Notes under the pieces: model-generated
Database searches by the model: none
What the model was told of the DNA's origin: nothing
Seen by the model: the letters and a program-made list of their open reading frames with translations, nothing else
In this document: positions 28,101 through 41,296 of the stretch, in pieces
How the letters are laid out: each line of letters starts with the position of its first letter
Position numbering within the stretch: position 1 is the stretch's first letter
Translations under genes and position numbers: made by a program
Source of the DNA: Vairimorpha necatrix
Taxonomy: Eukaryota
Assembly (NCBI GenBank): GCA_036630325.1
Contig: CP142727.1
Span: forward strand, 1 to 64,000
DNA: 64,000 nucleotides
Direction of reading: 5' to 3'

Positions 28101-28951
28101 TAAAGCATTAAGTATATCCGCTACCTTCGCATCGTGCTTTTAAATTTCAAAAAATCAAGTTTTTTAATTTATCGGTTAAATTGCCCTTGTCATCAATATT
28201 AGCTCTATTTTTTACAAATTCTCTTCTTCCAAGGCCGATGTTTACACACTCTATTTGCCATTTAGAAGAAAATCTACACAGTATGAATATTCTTGTATTT
28301 CAGACACTTTAAGAGTTTAAATTAACAAATTTCTCCACAGCCTTTTTGGATATAAAAAAATCAATAGTCTAATTTTTTAATGGTTAAACATTCCTTTGTT
28401 CCTTCTACATGTCTCACATTGCCTTTGCTTATAACTATAATTATCTTAAAAAAATTTTTGTGGCAATGAAATAACTAGAATATAAAAAAGACATTTTTCC
28501 CTACAAAGCGCTTTTGAATTTTTCATTTTATATATATTTTTTAGTTTGTTTCTGTCATTCTTCTATTGCTATATTTTTATGTCTTTTTCCATTGTAAGTA
28601 ATACTGTAAAATGATTTCAAGAATAATTTGTGAATATAGGAACATGTAGATTTCTTTAACTCTCTTCTTGCGATAAACACCCTCATATTTGACTTAAATC
28701 CCTTAAGGCGACAGTTTTTATGAGCTATAGCACTCAAAATCTCTGTCGTTAAATTAGAAGTGTTTTTTTAGGAACATTAATTTTTTTGTCTCTTTTTCTT
28801 TGCCCGTGTCAATATCTTTATTTTTCATTATAAAATTGTTTTATTCTGTCTACTCTCACTCTTGTCTGTCATGAAATACAAATAGGTGATAGATCTTATA
28901 GTTTAAAAGTAAGTTATGTAGTCAAACTTATTCTTAATTGATATATATATA

Positions 28952-29436
28952 ATATAAAAGATTTATTGAGTTAATTTTCAATTATGTTTAGATATTCATA
29001 GCACAGCTTTCCCCGGTATCGCTCATGGGATTCAGCTCTTCACAGACTTTGGTTTCTGTGGAATTATTAATGTTTTCCAACTTCACTTTAGCAGCTTCAT
29101 TCCCCTTTGCCGACACCACTTCTTTAACAGTCGCCATATTCGCTAGTGCGCTTACAGCTCTAGCCACTTCTTCTTCTCCTGCATCCTCCTGATCGTATCC
29201 TCGTCGTCGTTCCAAAGAGATGGACTCTAGAGTCTTCTTCATCACAATAGACTGGGTATATGCTTCCAGGTAGGGTTGGATTTCTAGCTCCCTGATGTAC
29301 TTTCTGTGATATTTGGTCACCACTCCATCCCATGTCATTACATAAGGAACTATTCTTGTCCGGGATTTATGTATTAGTCCCAGTTCATTTGCAAGAAGGT
29401 CATATTTTCTTAGTTTTTCATTCTCAACTATAGTAA

Positions 29437-29440
<4 letters not shown>
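28952..29440 (-). mobile_element. 5'-truncated non-LTR retrotransposon, restriction-like endonuclease (RLE) type, C-terminal part
   Basis: The frame reads SLTIVENEKLRKYDLLANELG...IVPYVMTWDG, with the KxxKY motif of RLE domains, and stops at 28988. AATAAA and a short 3' UTR follow. (TA)n lies on both sides (28941-28951, 29440-29468). Confidence 0.8.
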
Positions 29441-29473
<33 letters not shown>

Positions 29474-29712
29474 CTTTTTATATTACTTAAAATTCTGGTC
29501 GACACTCTTTCTAACTATTTTTATATAAAGTAGAGTGGTCTTGTATCTTTTATAAAATCTAGTTTCGTGGTCTTTTTCAATATTTTGAAGTACTCATAAT
29601 GATTTTATTCGTCTAGTATGCCAATCGTTCTTGTAAGTATATGTGATACTTTGATAATAAACCATAAAAAATTAACGCAAAACAACATATTTGTATAAAT
29701 TGTGGAAATTAA

Positions 29713-30639
29713 TCAAATTATATTTAATTCGTTTTTATTTAATGTAGGGTGTGATATTATTTTGATTTTAAATAAATTCTTGACATATTCCAATATTTTC
29801 TTATTTATCCCTACTTCGAGTTGCCTTGTCTTTTCACTTATTTCTATCATCCTTGTTTCGAATTCAGGAAAAAAAGACTGCACTTCCCTTAAAAGCTCAT
29901 TTGTCACTTTACCATTCTTAAAATATGCCTTGGCTACATTAGAATTTTTTCCTGCCAATTTACAAGTAAAAAAGGTCAATTTTTTAGATTCCAGATCATT
30001 TCCGGTCTTTTTACTTATTTCTGGGAAGAAATTAAGATAATCGTCTTGCATTTGGAATTTTATTCCTAATAATCTACAATATTCATATAAATTATTTGGT
30101 TCATCTTGGCCAGTGTACGCATACCCTACAGATAAAGGGAAATAAAAAGTGTACCAAGATGTTTTATATTCTGCTATTGCATCATACAAGTCTAATTTAT
30201 ATTCCTCAATTGTATTCTTCATACAATCAAGTGTTTGGCCTAGGCATGTATTAAGTACACACTTATAGTATTGTGCTCTAAAATCAGAGCTAGTTTTATT
30301 TTTGATATTTTTTATAATTCTACCTAGACCCGTCACAAAATACTGTGCATATCTTAAGGACACCAAGCCTTTTTTCTTATAGTAACATTCCACTCCTCTT
30401 CTTTGGTCTGCTTCATCCATAACATCATCAACTACAACAAGTACACTTTGTAGTAATTCAAAAATATTCCCTAGCTTTACAGATTCGTCGGAAGTACTAT
30501 TTTGAAGAATTTTAAATAATTCAGTTCTGTACGCCTTCCCCCCTGTAGTATTATAAGTAATAAAAGATGATATTTTATGAGTATTCTGATAATTACTGTT
30601 TTTTATGAAATCGTTGAGAATTCTATCAATATTTGACAT
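29713..30639 (-). CDS. ERG20: Farnesyl diphosphate synthase (trans-isoprenyl diphosphate synthase)
   Basis: GGKAYR, first Asp-rich motif DDVMD...RRG, GQTLD, YKTSWYTF, second motif FQMQDDYLN, KTGNDLESKKLT; CCC motif before the ATG. Confidence 0.93.
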   Translation of the reverse strand: MSNIDRILNDFIKNSNYQNTHKISSFITYNTTGGKAYRTELFKILQNSTSDESVKLGNIFELLQSVLVVVDDVMDEADQRRGVECYYKKKGLVSLRYAQYFVTGLGRIIKNIKNKTSSDFRAQYYKCVLNTCLGQTLDCMKNTIEEYKLDLYDAIAEYKTSWYTFYFPLSVGYAYTGQDEPNNLYEYCRLLGIKFQMQDDYLNFFPEISKKTGNDLESKKLTFFTCKLAGKNSNVAKAYFKNGKVTNELLREVQSFFPEFETRMIEISEKTRQLEVGINKKILEYVKNLFKIKIISHPTLNKNELNII

Positions 30640-33600
30640 TTATGGGATAAAAAAAATATGTTTTAAAATCATAAATATTTATAAAAAATTTCACTATTAA
30701 TTAACACCAAAGAAAGTGTCAGTGAACGCAAAGGTGCATATTGGGACTTGCTTTAAAGATTTGACTTATGTTTTGACAGGTTATATGAGAAACCAATACT
30801 ATGTTGAAATTTGACAGGGAATATGCAAAGGCTAAGTTGTGTAATGAAGGTCTAGAACTAGCATGTTTTGGCAACTGTACAGTTGTCAACAAAACATAAA
30901 AAAAATTGTTATTTCAACTATTAAAGCAAAGGCACTCTAAGGTGATGAACCTAAGGAGATAAAAAAAAGACGGAGCATTAACGAACATTAAATTACAAAA
31001 TTATAAGATTTAAAACGCATTTTAAGAAGGCAGGTAGAAGACAACAAAAAAAGAGATGTTTGACATTGTAAAAATATATATTTTGAGATGGTTGGAAAGA
31101 ATTTACAACGTGAACAAAATTTTATTATTATCTTTACTATCGATAAAAAAGAAGTACTAGATTATACAACTCGCCTTCTTACCTATAAATACAACTTTTT
31201 TTATCTACTTATTTATAGATGAAGCGGAAAAAATGTAAGGTGGAAAACATAATTCACAATTCACAATATTAATGTATTTGAAAAAAAACATTTGATAAAA
31301 ATACACTTTGTAATTTCTTGATCAAATATTATTTTTATTATGCATAAAATGTCTTCAAGATGCCGTTTCGATCAATATAGCGAACGACATATATTATGCA
31401 GTAACAAATAAGAATCTTTAAATCGCTTTGGAATGCCTCAATATTTTTATGCTGAAGTACGGAAGCATATCGGGGTTGAAGAAGACAAAAGCTTGACGGA
31501 CTCAATTCTTGAGGTTGATAGAACAGTTTGTAAATTTTTTAAAGACTCGAATCTATTTCATAAAAAATTTTAATATAACTATATAATTTTTATAAAGTAA
31601 AATATGTATGTAAAGAAATTATATAAATAATAAAGTTTGTTTAGCACAGAGATCGTTCTTGTTTTAAAATATTAATCAAGCATGGTTAGGAATATTTATT
31701 CGACACGTACTTATATTTTACTTCTACTTTTTCTTCATAACCAATAGATCATTAAAAGTACAAAATAATAATAATAACATGAAGATAATTATTAGTAGTC
31801 TAAAAACTATTATAAACATCTTAAATACTTAGGAACTTTTATGAAAATGCTTATTTAATTCTATAAAGTCCGATTAGGAAATTTGCGGATAATTATATAT
31901 CAAACTATATTGAAAAAATCATAAAAAAAGTCTTATAAATTATGTTTTATGTGTTATAAAGTCAATTGTATCTATTGGACATTTTTTATTATTAAATTTT
32001 TATTTTCTCTTTGACTTTCTATATCAAAGTAAAAAATAAAGAAAAAATTTAATTTTTTACTATAAAGAGAGTTTTTAAATAAAATTGACGATTGTAGATA
32101 GCACGCTGTAAATAAATTTTTTTAACATTTTTTTACAAAAATATGGTAGATACGTCAACTTCAACATCAATATCAATATTTTAAATGAAAAAAATATACA
32201 CAGATCCTCTGATAAATTATTCTTTAAGAAAAATTGCTTTTAAGTCTCTAACTGACCTTCTATATTTTTATCAAAACTTTAGACAATTGGTAATTATTTT
32301 TGATGAATTATTACGTTTATGTTTCACTCAACACTTCTTTAAATTTCAAAACGTATTATTCCAATTTGTTTCCTCATTTTAATTATCATATAGTCCACTT
32401 TTAATAATCTTATTATTGTTTAATACAATTAATTTTTACTTATTTTTCTTGTATTTTCTGTTGTGTATTTTTTTAATTGCCACGAGAAATTATATCGACT
32501 TTTATTTTAATGTTCACATAAAATGAATTCATCGATATTTGATGAATAAAAAATGGGTTAGATTCATGCAGCATTTTTTATTATAATCAATCCTTCTATT
32601 TCGAATATATACTGTTCTCGTTACGTATATTTTTAAAAAAACTACAAAAGTTCTTGAAATTAATATCATTTATTTTTTATATAATTGATGCTTATGAAGC
32701 ATATAAAATATATTTTTTATTTTTTTTTGTTTTTTGCATTTTATAAATTTTCTGTTTAATTTAATTTTTAAATTCTCATTAGTTTCATCTATCATCTTCG
32801 CATCGAGATAATATTCAAGAACTTTTTTCTTTATTAATCTTATAATTTTTAGATGCCAAATAATAAAAGATTTTGATTGTTTCTAATCCTGTAAACAATG
32901 CTTTTATTTTACAGATCGTTTTTTAAATCTAAATATAGATTAAATTTCGAATTCTGTTATGTATATCAACTATTTCATTGAATGTTTGTACTAAATTAAT
33001 ATGGGTTTCTGGAAAATATTTAGAAAAGCATTTTTTTTTGCTTTTCCCTTTGACCAATTTATGTAGAACTTGAACTAGATTTTTATATGTTTTTGTGTTA
33101 TTCTTTATAAATTCTCTTATAATGTTTAAAATTCAATATTTTTTTTTAGATTTTCTAGTGTTATGAATAATAAATCGTCGCTTAAGTTATTTTCATAGAT
33201 ATATTTCTCTGCTTCTAAAAGCATGTAAAATTTATCAAATGAAAATCCGTCGAATGAATATCTGTGTTTAAAACTTTAAAAAGCAGAATTAATAATTTTT
33301 GCTTACTTTTAATATTATTTTCTAAATTATTATACATGTTCGCTAATTGAACTACATCTATTAATTTCTATATAGTAATATTTGAATAATTATAGTATTT
33401 AAGGCTGATCGCGGTTTAATAAAAATACTCTGTATAATATTACATAATACTATTTAGTATATTTAATTCTTAAAACATAATGATACCAGCGTTATTTTTT
33501 ATTATTTTTTTATCCTTAATAAAATTGGTTGAAATTTTTGAAAACGAATTATGCTTATGTAAAAATATTCTTTCCGTTTTATCTTTATTTATAACATAAT

Positions 33601-35699
33601 AATAGTATTTAATACGACCAGTTAAAAAGTTTGCTTTTGTTGATTCTATCTTTATTTCAAATATTAATTAAACCTAGATATTTCGATTTGTAAATTGGCT
33701 TGATATTGTATAATAAAATATGTCACTCAAGTTAAAATTTAAATAAGACAATTTGAATATATCAAAAAGCTTTATTAACAAATGAGCATTATATTAATTC
33801 TGAATATGGACTTCCGTCCGATCAAATAATTTAATTTTATTATACAAAATACAAATAAATATCGAATATCTCTTATTTCAACACGCAAACCAGCACAATA
33901 TTTATTATTTCTATAAATTTTAAAATAGTATATTGGGGAGACCGATATAATTATGTTATTATAACCATTGCTGTATTTTATTTATGAAATATAGTGTGTT
34001 TGATCATCTGCATTACAAATATTTACGTAATATAATTCAAAAATTTTCTCCTCATTTTTTCTCATGTATTTATCTCTTTGTGTTTTTACTAAAATTTTCT
34101 TGGTAGAGTATGTATTGAGATCAAAGCTTTTATATAAAAAATGATCGAATGTTTGTTCGTATCGGATATAATAATTTTTATGTTTATCTCCATTTCATAT
34201 ATATTTCATCAATAGATCCATTTTCTTATTATAACAGATGGATAAAGATTTTTAATAATATGGCGCTCAGGTTTATAATCAGAAAATTCAATTTTTTTTT
34301 TCTCTTATGAAAAATGTATGTATAATTTAATTTGTCCTCTGCTTGGTCTTATCAAAAAAAAATATACATTTTTTTCTCCTTTTTTGCCATAAATTTACTC
34401 TTAATTATGTCAAATTAAATTTTTTTTACTTGTATAAAGGTAATTGCACAAATAACAATAAATATTTTCACATTGGGCACATAAATTTTTTTTAAACAAA
34501 TTTGATCATGGTATAGAACCTTTTAAAATAAAAATGAATTTAGTTTTGTACTGTACATATTTTTTATTATTAACAACAAAAATTATATTGAAAATCTGAA
34601 ATATGCAATATCTTTTTTATACATAAAATTAGGTTGCTACTTATAGCGAATGTACATATAATCTATTAAAAAATCTGAAAGAATTAATAAATTTGGACGA
34701 TGAATTGACTTGTTTTTTTAATTTTTCAATGACAAATAATAATCCAAAGAGAGTATATAAAGGGCGATTCAAAGCTTATAACAGGCCACAACGAACATAT
34801 TACCCCATTATGAAGAAAAATTTAGAGTAGTAATATAAAAGTTGAGATAATTATATATATAGAGCCATGTGCGTAAGTTGATTGTTTAATATATGCCTTC
34901 TTTTACATTTATTTTCTTTATCAACGCGGTTTTCGTGTAATCTCAAACTATTTTCTAAGACTTTTCTATGTAATTTAATTATATTAAATCAAATATAGGC
35001 TTTATGTTGCTATAAAATTTATATATTTTTTTCATTGTAAACGTATATGTAATAATTCCATCCCACTTTCCAATATTACCATTACTTCAAGTAGCCTTAT
35101 ACATTAAATTGCACTTCAAACAACTCATATTTTTTTCATTTGTCGTACTACTGTGTTTTAGTTATCAAAACTCTTATAAATATAGTCACAAAAATTATAT
35201 TTTTCTTAATTTTTAAAGTGACACATATGTTAGGTTCCGTTAATAAAAATTTGGCATTGTAGTACAACTGTATTAAACCTTATTTCACTTTTTTAACGAC
35301 GAAGTATTGTTTTACCTAATTTAGGTCGTTTCCACATCATAGAAAGAACCTAATAAGAAAAAGTTTGATATTGATTAATAACGATACCATACTGGCATCT
35401 TATTGATTATGTTATACGGTTTCAATCAAGATATAATATTTTTTTTTCTTTTTTAATTTAAATTTATTTTTTTCAAAAACATTTTATAAATTAAACTTAA
35501 CCTCTTGTCTATTGTAATGCGTGTATATTCGTCATAAAACAACTTTGGGATATTTTAAAAAATAAAGAATACTGCTATAAGAACACAATGATAAAACCGC
35601 ATAAAAATTTAAAAAAAATCACAGAATAAATGACTTTCGACTCCCATTTAGTCTATCAAATAATTGTAAATTGTCATTTACTCTTAAAAATTCGAATTT

Positions 35700-37640
35700 C
35701 TGTTTTGTACTTACTTTTTTTTGCAAAAAATGTTTCCATTTCATTTTTTCATATTCTCACCAAATAATTTTTTTCTAAATGATTCTATTAATACAAAATG
35801 GAGATCTTATGAAATATTCCATTTAAGCGTATGCAATTTTAGATTTATAGAAATTTGTCTATCAATTTTCTTTTTTTATATGTTTGTTACATTTTGATCT
35901 ATATTCATGCATAAAGGCTTTGATTTACAGTCAATCATCGATTTTACAATGTCATATATTGCTATTTATTCAAACTGAAATTATCTGTTTTGTCATATTT
36001 TCACCGTAAATTAACATCTAAAGAATTGAATTAAATGTTTTTCTACTTTTTATCACATAAAGTGTCAAGTGTGTTTTAAAGTTTTAATCTGTGTTTTCTT
36101 TATTCTTTCCATCGTTTTTCGTTTTTTGTTTTAGATTTTTATCTATTATTTTATGATTTATATCATTCGTAACCAAATTAAAATTTTTTATTACCTCATA
36201 ATTTTCAACTTTATAATCCTTAGAAACTATATTGGTAATTACAATCGTAGTTTTGTATTTAGTGTATAATGCAAGTATAACACATATCTTATTTTAGGTT
36301 TTTTTTATTTATGATAAATTTTTTCATTATAAATACTATTTTCTGAAAAATTACAATTAAATTGATGTATTTGTTTGGGTTATTGATATAGATATGTTAT
36401 CATTGTTTTTTGTCGAAATTAAATAAAAATTATATTTTTAGGTTTGAATGGAAAATCATCTCCTACGTCATTTTAATTGATATTTTTGTCTGTTTCTAAG
36501 TGTAATCTACGTTTAGTAATATCTATAAATTTCATTTTAGAAAAATTGCCTTAAATTTGTTAGTATGATTTTTATTATTAGTATCTTACTAGATTTATTA
36601 TCAAAATTATTTCCAATCATGATTTTCATAGTATTTGCATCTATGGTCTTCTTATATAATAACTGATTGGCAAAAATTATATTTAAAGCCGGTTTTGGTT
36701 TGTTAATAATTCGTTATATTAAAGAATTTATCCTGTTGTTCTTGTCAAAAGCTAAAAAACAAATTAATGCCCATTTCTTTCTCTATATTATTAATTTCAG
36801 AAAATATTGTTTAAATTTCCTGAAAGCACAGTTGCTAATATAAGTTTTATTTATCTCTTTAAAATTTTAATTTTTTTTAAAACTTTTATATTTTGAAAAA
36901 AATTCTATTCTGAAAAATTGCTCTTTATCAAAATATTCTATTTTGCTAGATATGAATGATGCTTTATAACCATATAAAGGGGTTTCGGAGTATTCAATCT
37001 TTTCAAAAGATATATCTTGAATTTTACAGAACATCTTGACTATTTGCTCTTCGATTTTATATGAATGCTAATTTTTTTCAAACAACTGATAAAATTCATT
37101 CCTACAAAATTTAAAAAATACCAAAATCACCTATGTTAATGTGTAAACTAACATTAAGTTATTTTTTACATAGTTTCTATAACAATAAATTGATGAGTAT
37201 GACATATTTACATTTAATTCGTCCTTGGGGGTTAATGCTATAAATAATTTCTTGTAATGTATTACCTCCATAGCAAATATTTTCATATATAATTTCATAC
37301 CCATTATAATGGAAGCTTCTTAAAAGATCTATTTCTCTTGTTTGTTTTACTAACATTTTCATTTTTGAATTATATTTAAAATCATACAGGCTGTTTAAAA
37401 ATGCGACTGATTGTTTTTTTAAAATATTTAATATAACTTCTATATTCACCTCCATTTTTTTATTAATATCACTAATAGAGGGTTCTTTCAATTTATATCA
37501 AAACTTCCAAAACTAGATTCAAAATAAAACTCCACATTCGAATCCGATATTCCAAAAGTTATTATATTTTTTCAAACATTATTAAATGCAAAGATAATTA
37601 CATTTATGCACTGTATTAAAATTAAAAAGATAAATAATCT
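35700..37640 (-). pseudogene. Decayed large gene of unknown family
   Basis: A 104-codon open remnant (37177-37491) within about 2 kb of interrupted coding-like sequence. Boundaries approximate. Confidence 0.35.
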
Positions 37641-40600
37641 CTTTTATAAGTTTTTCTAATAACTTATGATTCACATTATCATACAGGTCTTTACTTGCCC
37701 GTAAAAACAAAAAAATATACTTATTAGTAGTTCTTCATTTAATAGGAATTAATCAAATAATTTTCACAAATTCAATTAGCACTCTTTATGTAAAAAAAAA
37801 ATTGACATTTCTCATATAATTATTTATTTTAGATGTTTGCTTATAATAAATCTAGAATTTTTGATTTATCTTTCTGGTGCAATCATATATCTTTTTTATA
37901 CATATTTCTATACATTTCTGCATAATAAAATTATTTTATAATCTTTTAATCATATTAACAATTTTATTGCTGATTTTGTGTATTTTATGACATTTAGTAA
38001 TTCAAAATTTCAAATAATTTTATGTCGTAGACAAAAACAAAAATGTAATTTGCAAATAGATATCAAAAAAAAATTAAAATTTTTAGTAGGCAATCTAACA
38101 TTACGATTGGGTTTATAATTATATGGCGCACCGTTGACACAAATGACGTGGTGGGGGGTTAATTATGCATAATTTACCAATTATTATGAGTTTATTGTAA
38201 AATCACTTGTAATTTGACAAATTATAAACATTAAAAAAGATTCGTTGGGTGAATTATTATATTCTAATATAATAATGCTTCTTTTTTGTGAGTAATGATA
38301 TTATTTCGCAAGAACATAAAAGTGTCGAAGAATAAATAAACCAATATTTTTTATTGAGTGATAAAAAAGACTAAAATTATAAATAAACCTCTATTATTTG
38401 TTTGTTTTTAGTTCCTTCGAAATACATAAAAGTATTAGTATTAAGATATGAGTTTTGTAAGTATGGTATAGGTGTTTCAGTAATTTTAAGCATAAATTTC
38501 TTTTCTATATTTTTCTTTCTATTTATTATTCAAACTATATCTAATTTCTAAAATTATCAATTAGATTTTTTATTGTTGTATATTTGTTGCATTGTAAACT
38601 CTAATCAGCTCTTACGGATTCATAAATTTCTAGCAGTTTTCTTATTTACAGAAAATAATGTAATGCATTTTATGAAAATGTAACTTACCGAAAAAACATC
38701 AGATATCCAATATTTTCATAGTCTTTATTTTTGTATAATTAAAATTAACATATTTTTTTTGTATAGCGACATAGGAGTTGTGTTTAGTTAATGTAATAAA
38801 TGGTGGGTTTCTACTAATTATAAAATATAATCGTTTGATCTTGTTGATATGACAAATAATGAAGACTAATTATAAGAATCTATAAAAAAATAATTTAAAG
38901 ATCTCATGGTTATCTTACTATTTATATATGGTCATATTTAAGTAAAGTTATGTTATATACATTGTAAGTATTAGATATATTGTATGTTGTTACAAACTTT
39001 CTAAATCATAAGTTAAATCATGATCAAATACAATGTGTAAAGATTCAAATAAAACATTGTTTCTCATAAAAATGCAAATATTGTAGTACTATCAGTATAC
39101 CGAAATTTGTCGGAGAGTATCCACGCCCTTGTTCTAAAAAAGACCGAAATATCTCGAAATTGATGAGACCAAGAGAGAGACGGCGAGTCTAATCATCTTT
39201 ACTCACATTGAGAAGCATATAAAGACTGGTATAGAGAATGAGGAGGAAAAAATTGTCATTAACTGGGATTTAATTGTACTATATATGATTATCTCATTGC
39301 AATTTAATTTGTTGTTTATTACAGTATGATTTTAAGCAGCGTTTTTTTTGTTTTTATTTTTTTTTCTTAATGTCCAAAGAATTACTATTTATGTTATCGT
39401 TAAAATTTTATATTTGGATTTTATTAAATATATAAAAAATAGAATTATTATAAGAGATGTTGTCATTGTGTATATTATGCTTAATTTTTCATGATAAATA
39501 TGTAATTGTAGAGTGTAAAACTTCTTCAAATAATAGTTACAATTGTAAATTACTTATAGAATAATAATAGACTTCTATATGGAGTTTAAATTAATATTTT
39601 AATAAAGATTTCGCTTTTCAATTTCTTAAATGGTAAAGTATAACATCAATGAATGTTTTACATATCTCTTGCACAATCAAATTATTTTTAAAGTATGTAA
39701 TAATGTATTTTTAAGTTTACTTTATGTTCTCTATTATTATCTATGAAAATTTTGTCTTTTTAATGCAAGCATATAAATTACATTATTTGAGAAAAAAGAA
39801 AATTATTTTAATGGAGTTGTAAATCCATTTTGGGGTTTTTTGATTATTTATGCATATATACGTTGTAAATTTATTTTTATTAAAACTTATATCAAATTTT
39901 TTAAACCTTCTGCATTGTTTTCTTACAGTACATTTTAAATTTTACGTTTAAATTCCGGACTTTGAACAAAAAACTTATACGATAATTTTCTTTATTTTCT
40001 CATGAAAACCAAATATTTTTTATGATGTAAATTTTACATCTAAGATATGTTAATTTGGCCATGAAAAATAAAAAGTACAGAGTGTAAAATTTTTAAAATA
40101 ATTTCTACCATTACAGCTACCATCAAATGAGATGTTTATATACAAAAATATTGTGTATTGAATAACATCACTATAAAGACATCATATAATTGCAAATAGC
40201 CTCAGTTGAAATGGGCGTAACAGCTCTTTTTTATTTTTTATAGAATTGATATAATATATTTGGTTCTAATATCTTACCTACTTATTACTTGCCACAAGAT
40301 ACACTCACAATTCCTTCTAACTGTTCTCTGGGTTTCTTCTGGAATACAAATTATGGGCTTTCGAAAACTTCATCAGTATCAAGCCTTTAATCATATGGGA
40401 AAATCTAGTTTTACCGTAAACCGTTCCCCAATGATTTTTTTACATTTATATAGCTTTACAAATGAGGGAAATGATGGAACTTTCATCATACCAACCACTA
40501 TAAATGTAATACAAAATTTTAATTTCATTCTCGATTTTGAGAATGATTTTTCATCTTCGATTTTATACTTATGAAATCACAAGAAAATCTATATGTATTC

Positions 40601-41296
40601 CTCAAGGTATTTATTTTGAAAACAAAAACTTCAGTTATTGTTGCTGTTACATTATTTTTAATATTTTTGTTGTGTTTCTATATTATGATACATCTTTAAT
40701 GCAATTTTTTTGATGTACATTTATTTTGTTTTTTACAAATAAAATTATCATCATCACCTATGAAAGAATTTTTAAAATTTTTTCCTTCTCTTTTTCCTGT
40801 TTGAAAATTTCTAATCTACATACTAAGATCTTATTTTGGAAAAATAATAATCGGGATATAGATTTTATAGTCTTTTCTTGAAATTATAAGTGTGTTTTCT
40901 ATATATATATTGTAAAACTTTTTCATTCTAATTATATTTTTATACTACTTTGATCCAAAATATCGTCAATATCGTTTTTTAAATTTTTATTTACTCTTCA
41001 AAAAAAAAGAAAAAAAATGTTTATAATTCAAAAATTCTCAACGAAGGACAATAATAATTGTATAGAAAGTTTATAAGCACGATTAATTGTGTTTTGAAAA
41101 TAATTTTGGCCCCATATTCAGATCATATGCTACTTAAATGGATTTTTAAAAGGCGAACTTTTTTTATATTCTCTCTTGAGAGAATGAAATTAAAAAAAAA
41201 TAAAGAAGAGTAACAAACTACAAACAAAATATATCGATCCCGCTTTCTAAAAGGGACAAGCGCACGCTTGTAGTTTACAATATTAAAAATATACAA

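Noticed and set aside
39108-39323. Possible solo LTR (TGT...ACA), partly absent from the duplicated copy
   Set aside because: No TSD or partner, and the boundaries are ambiguous.
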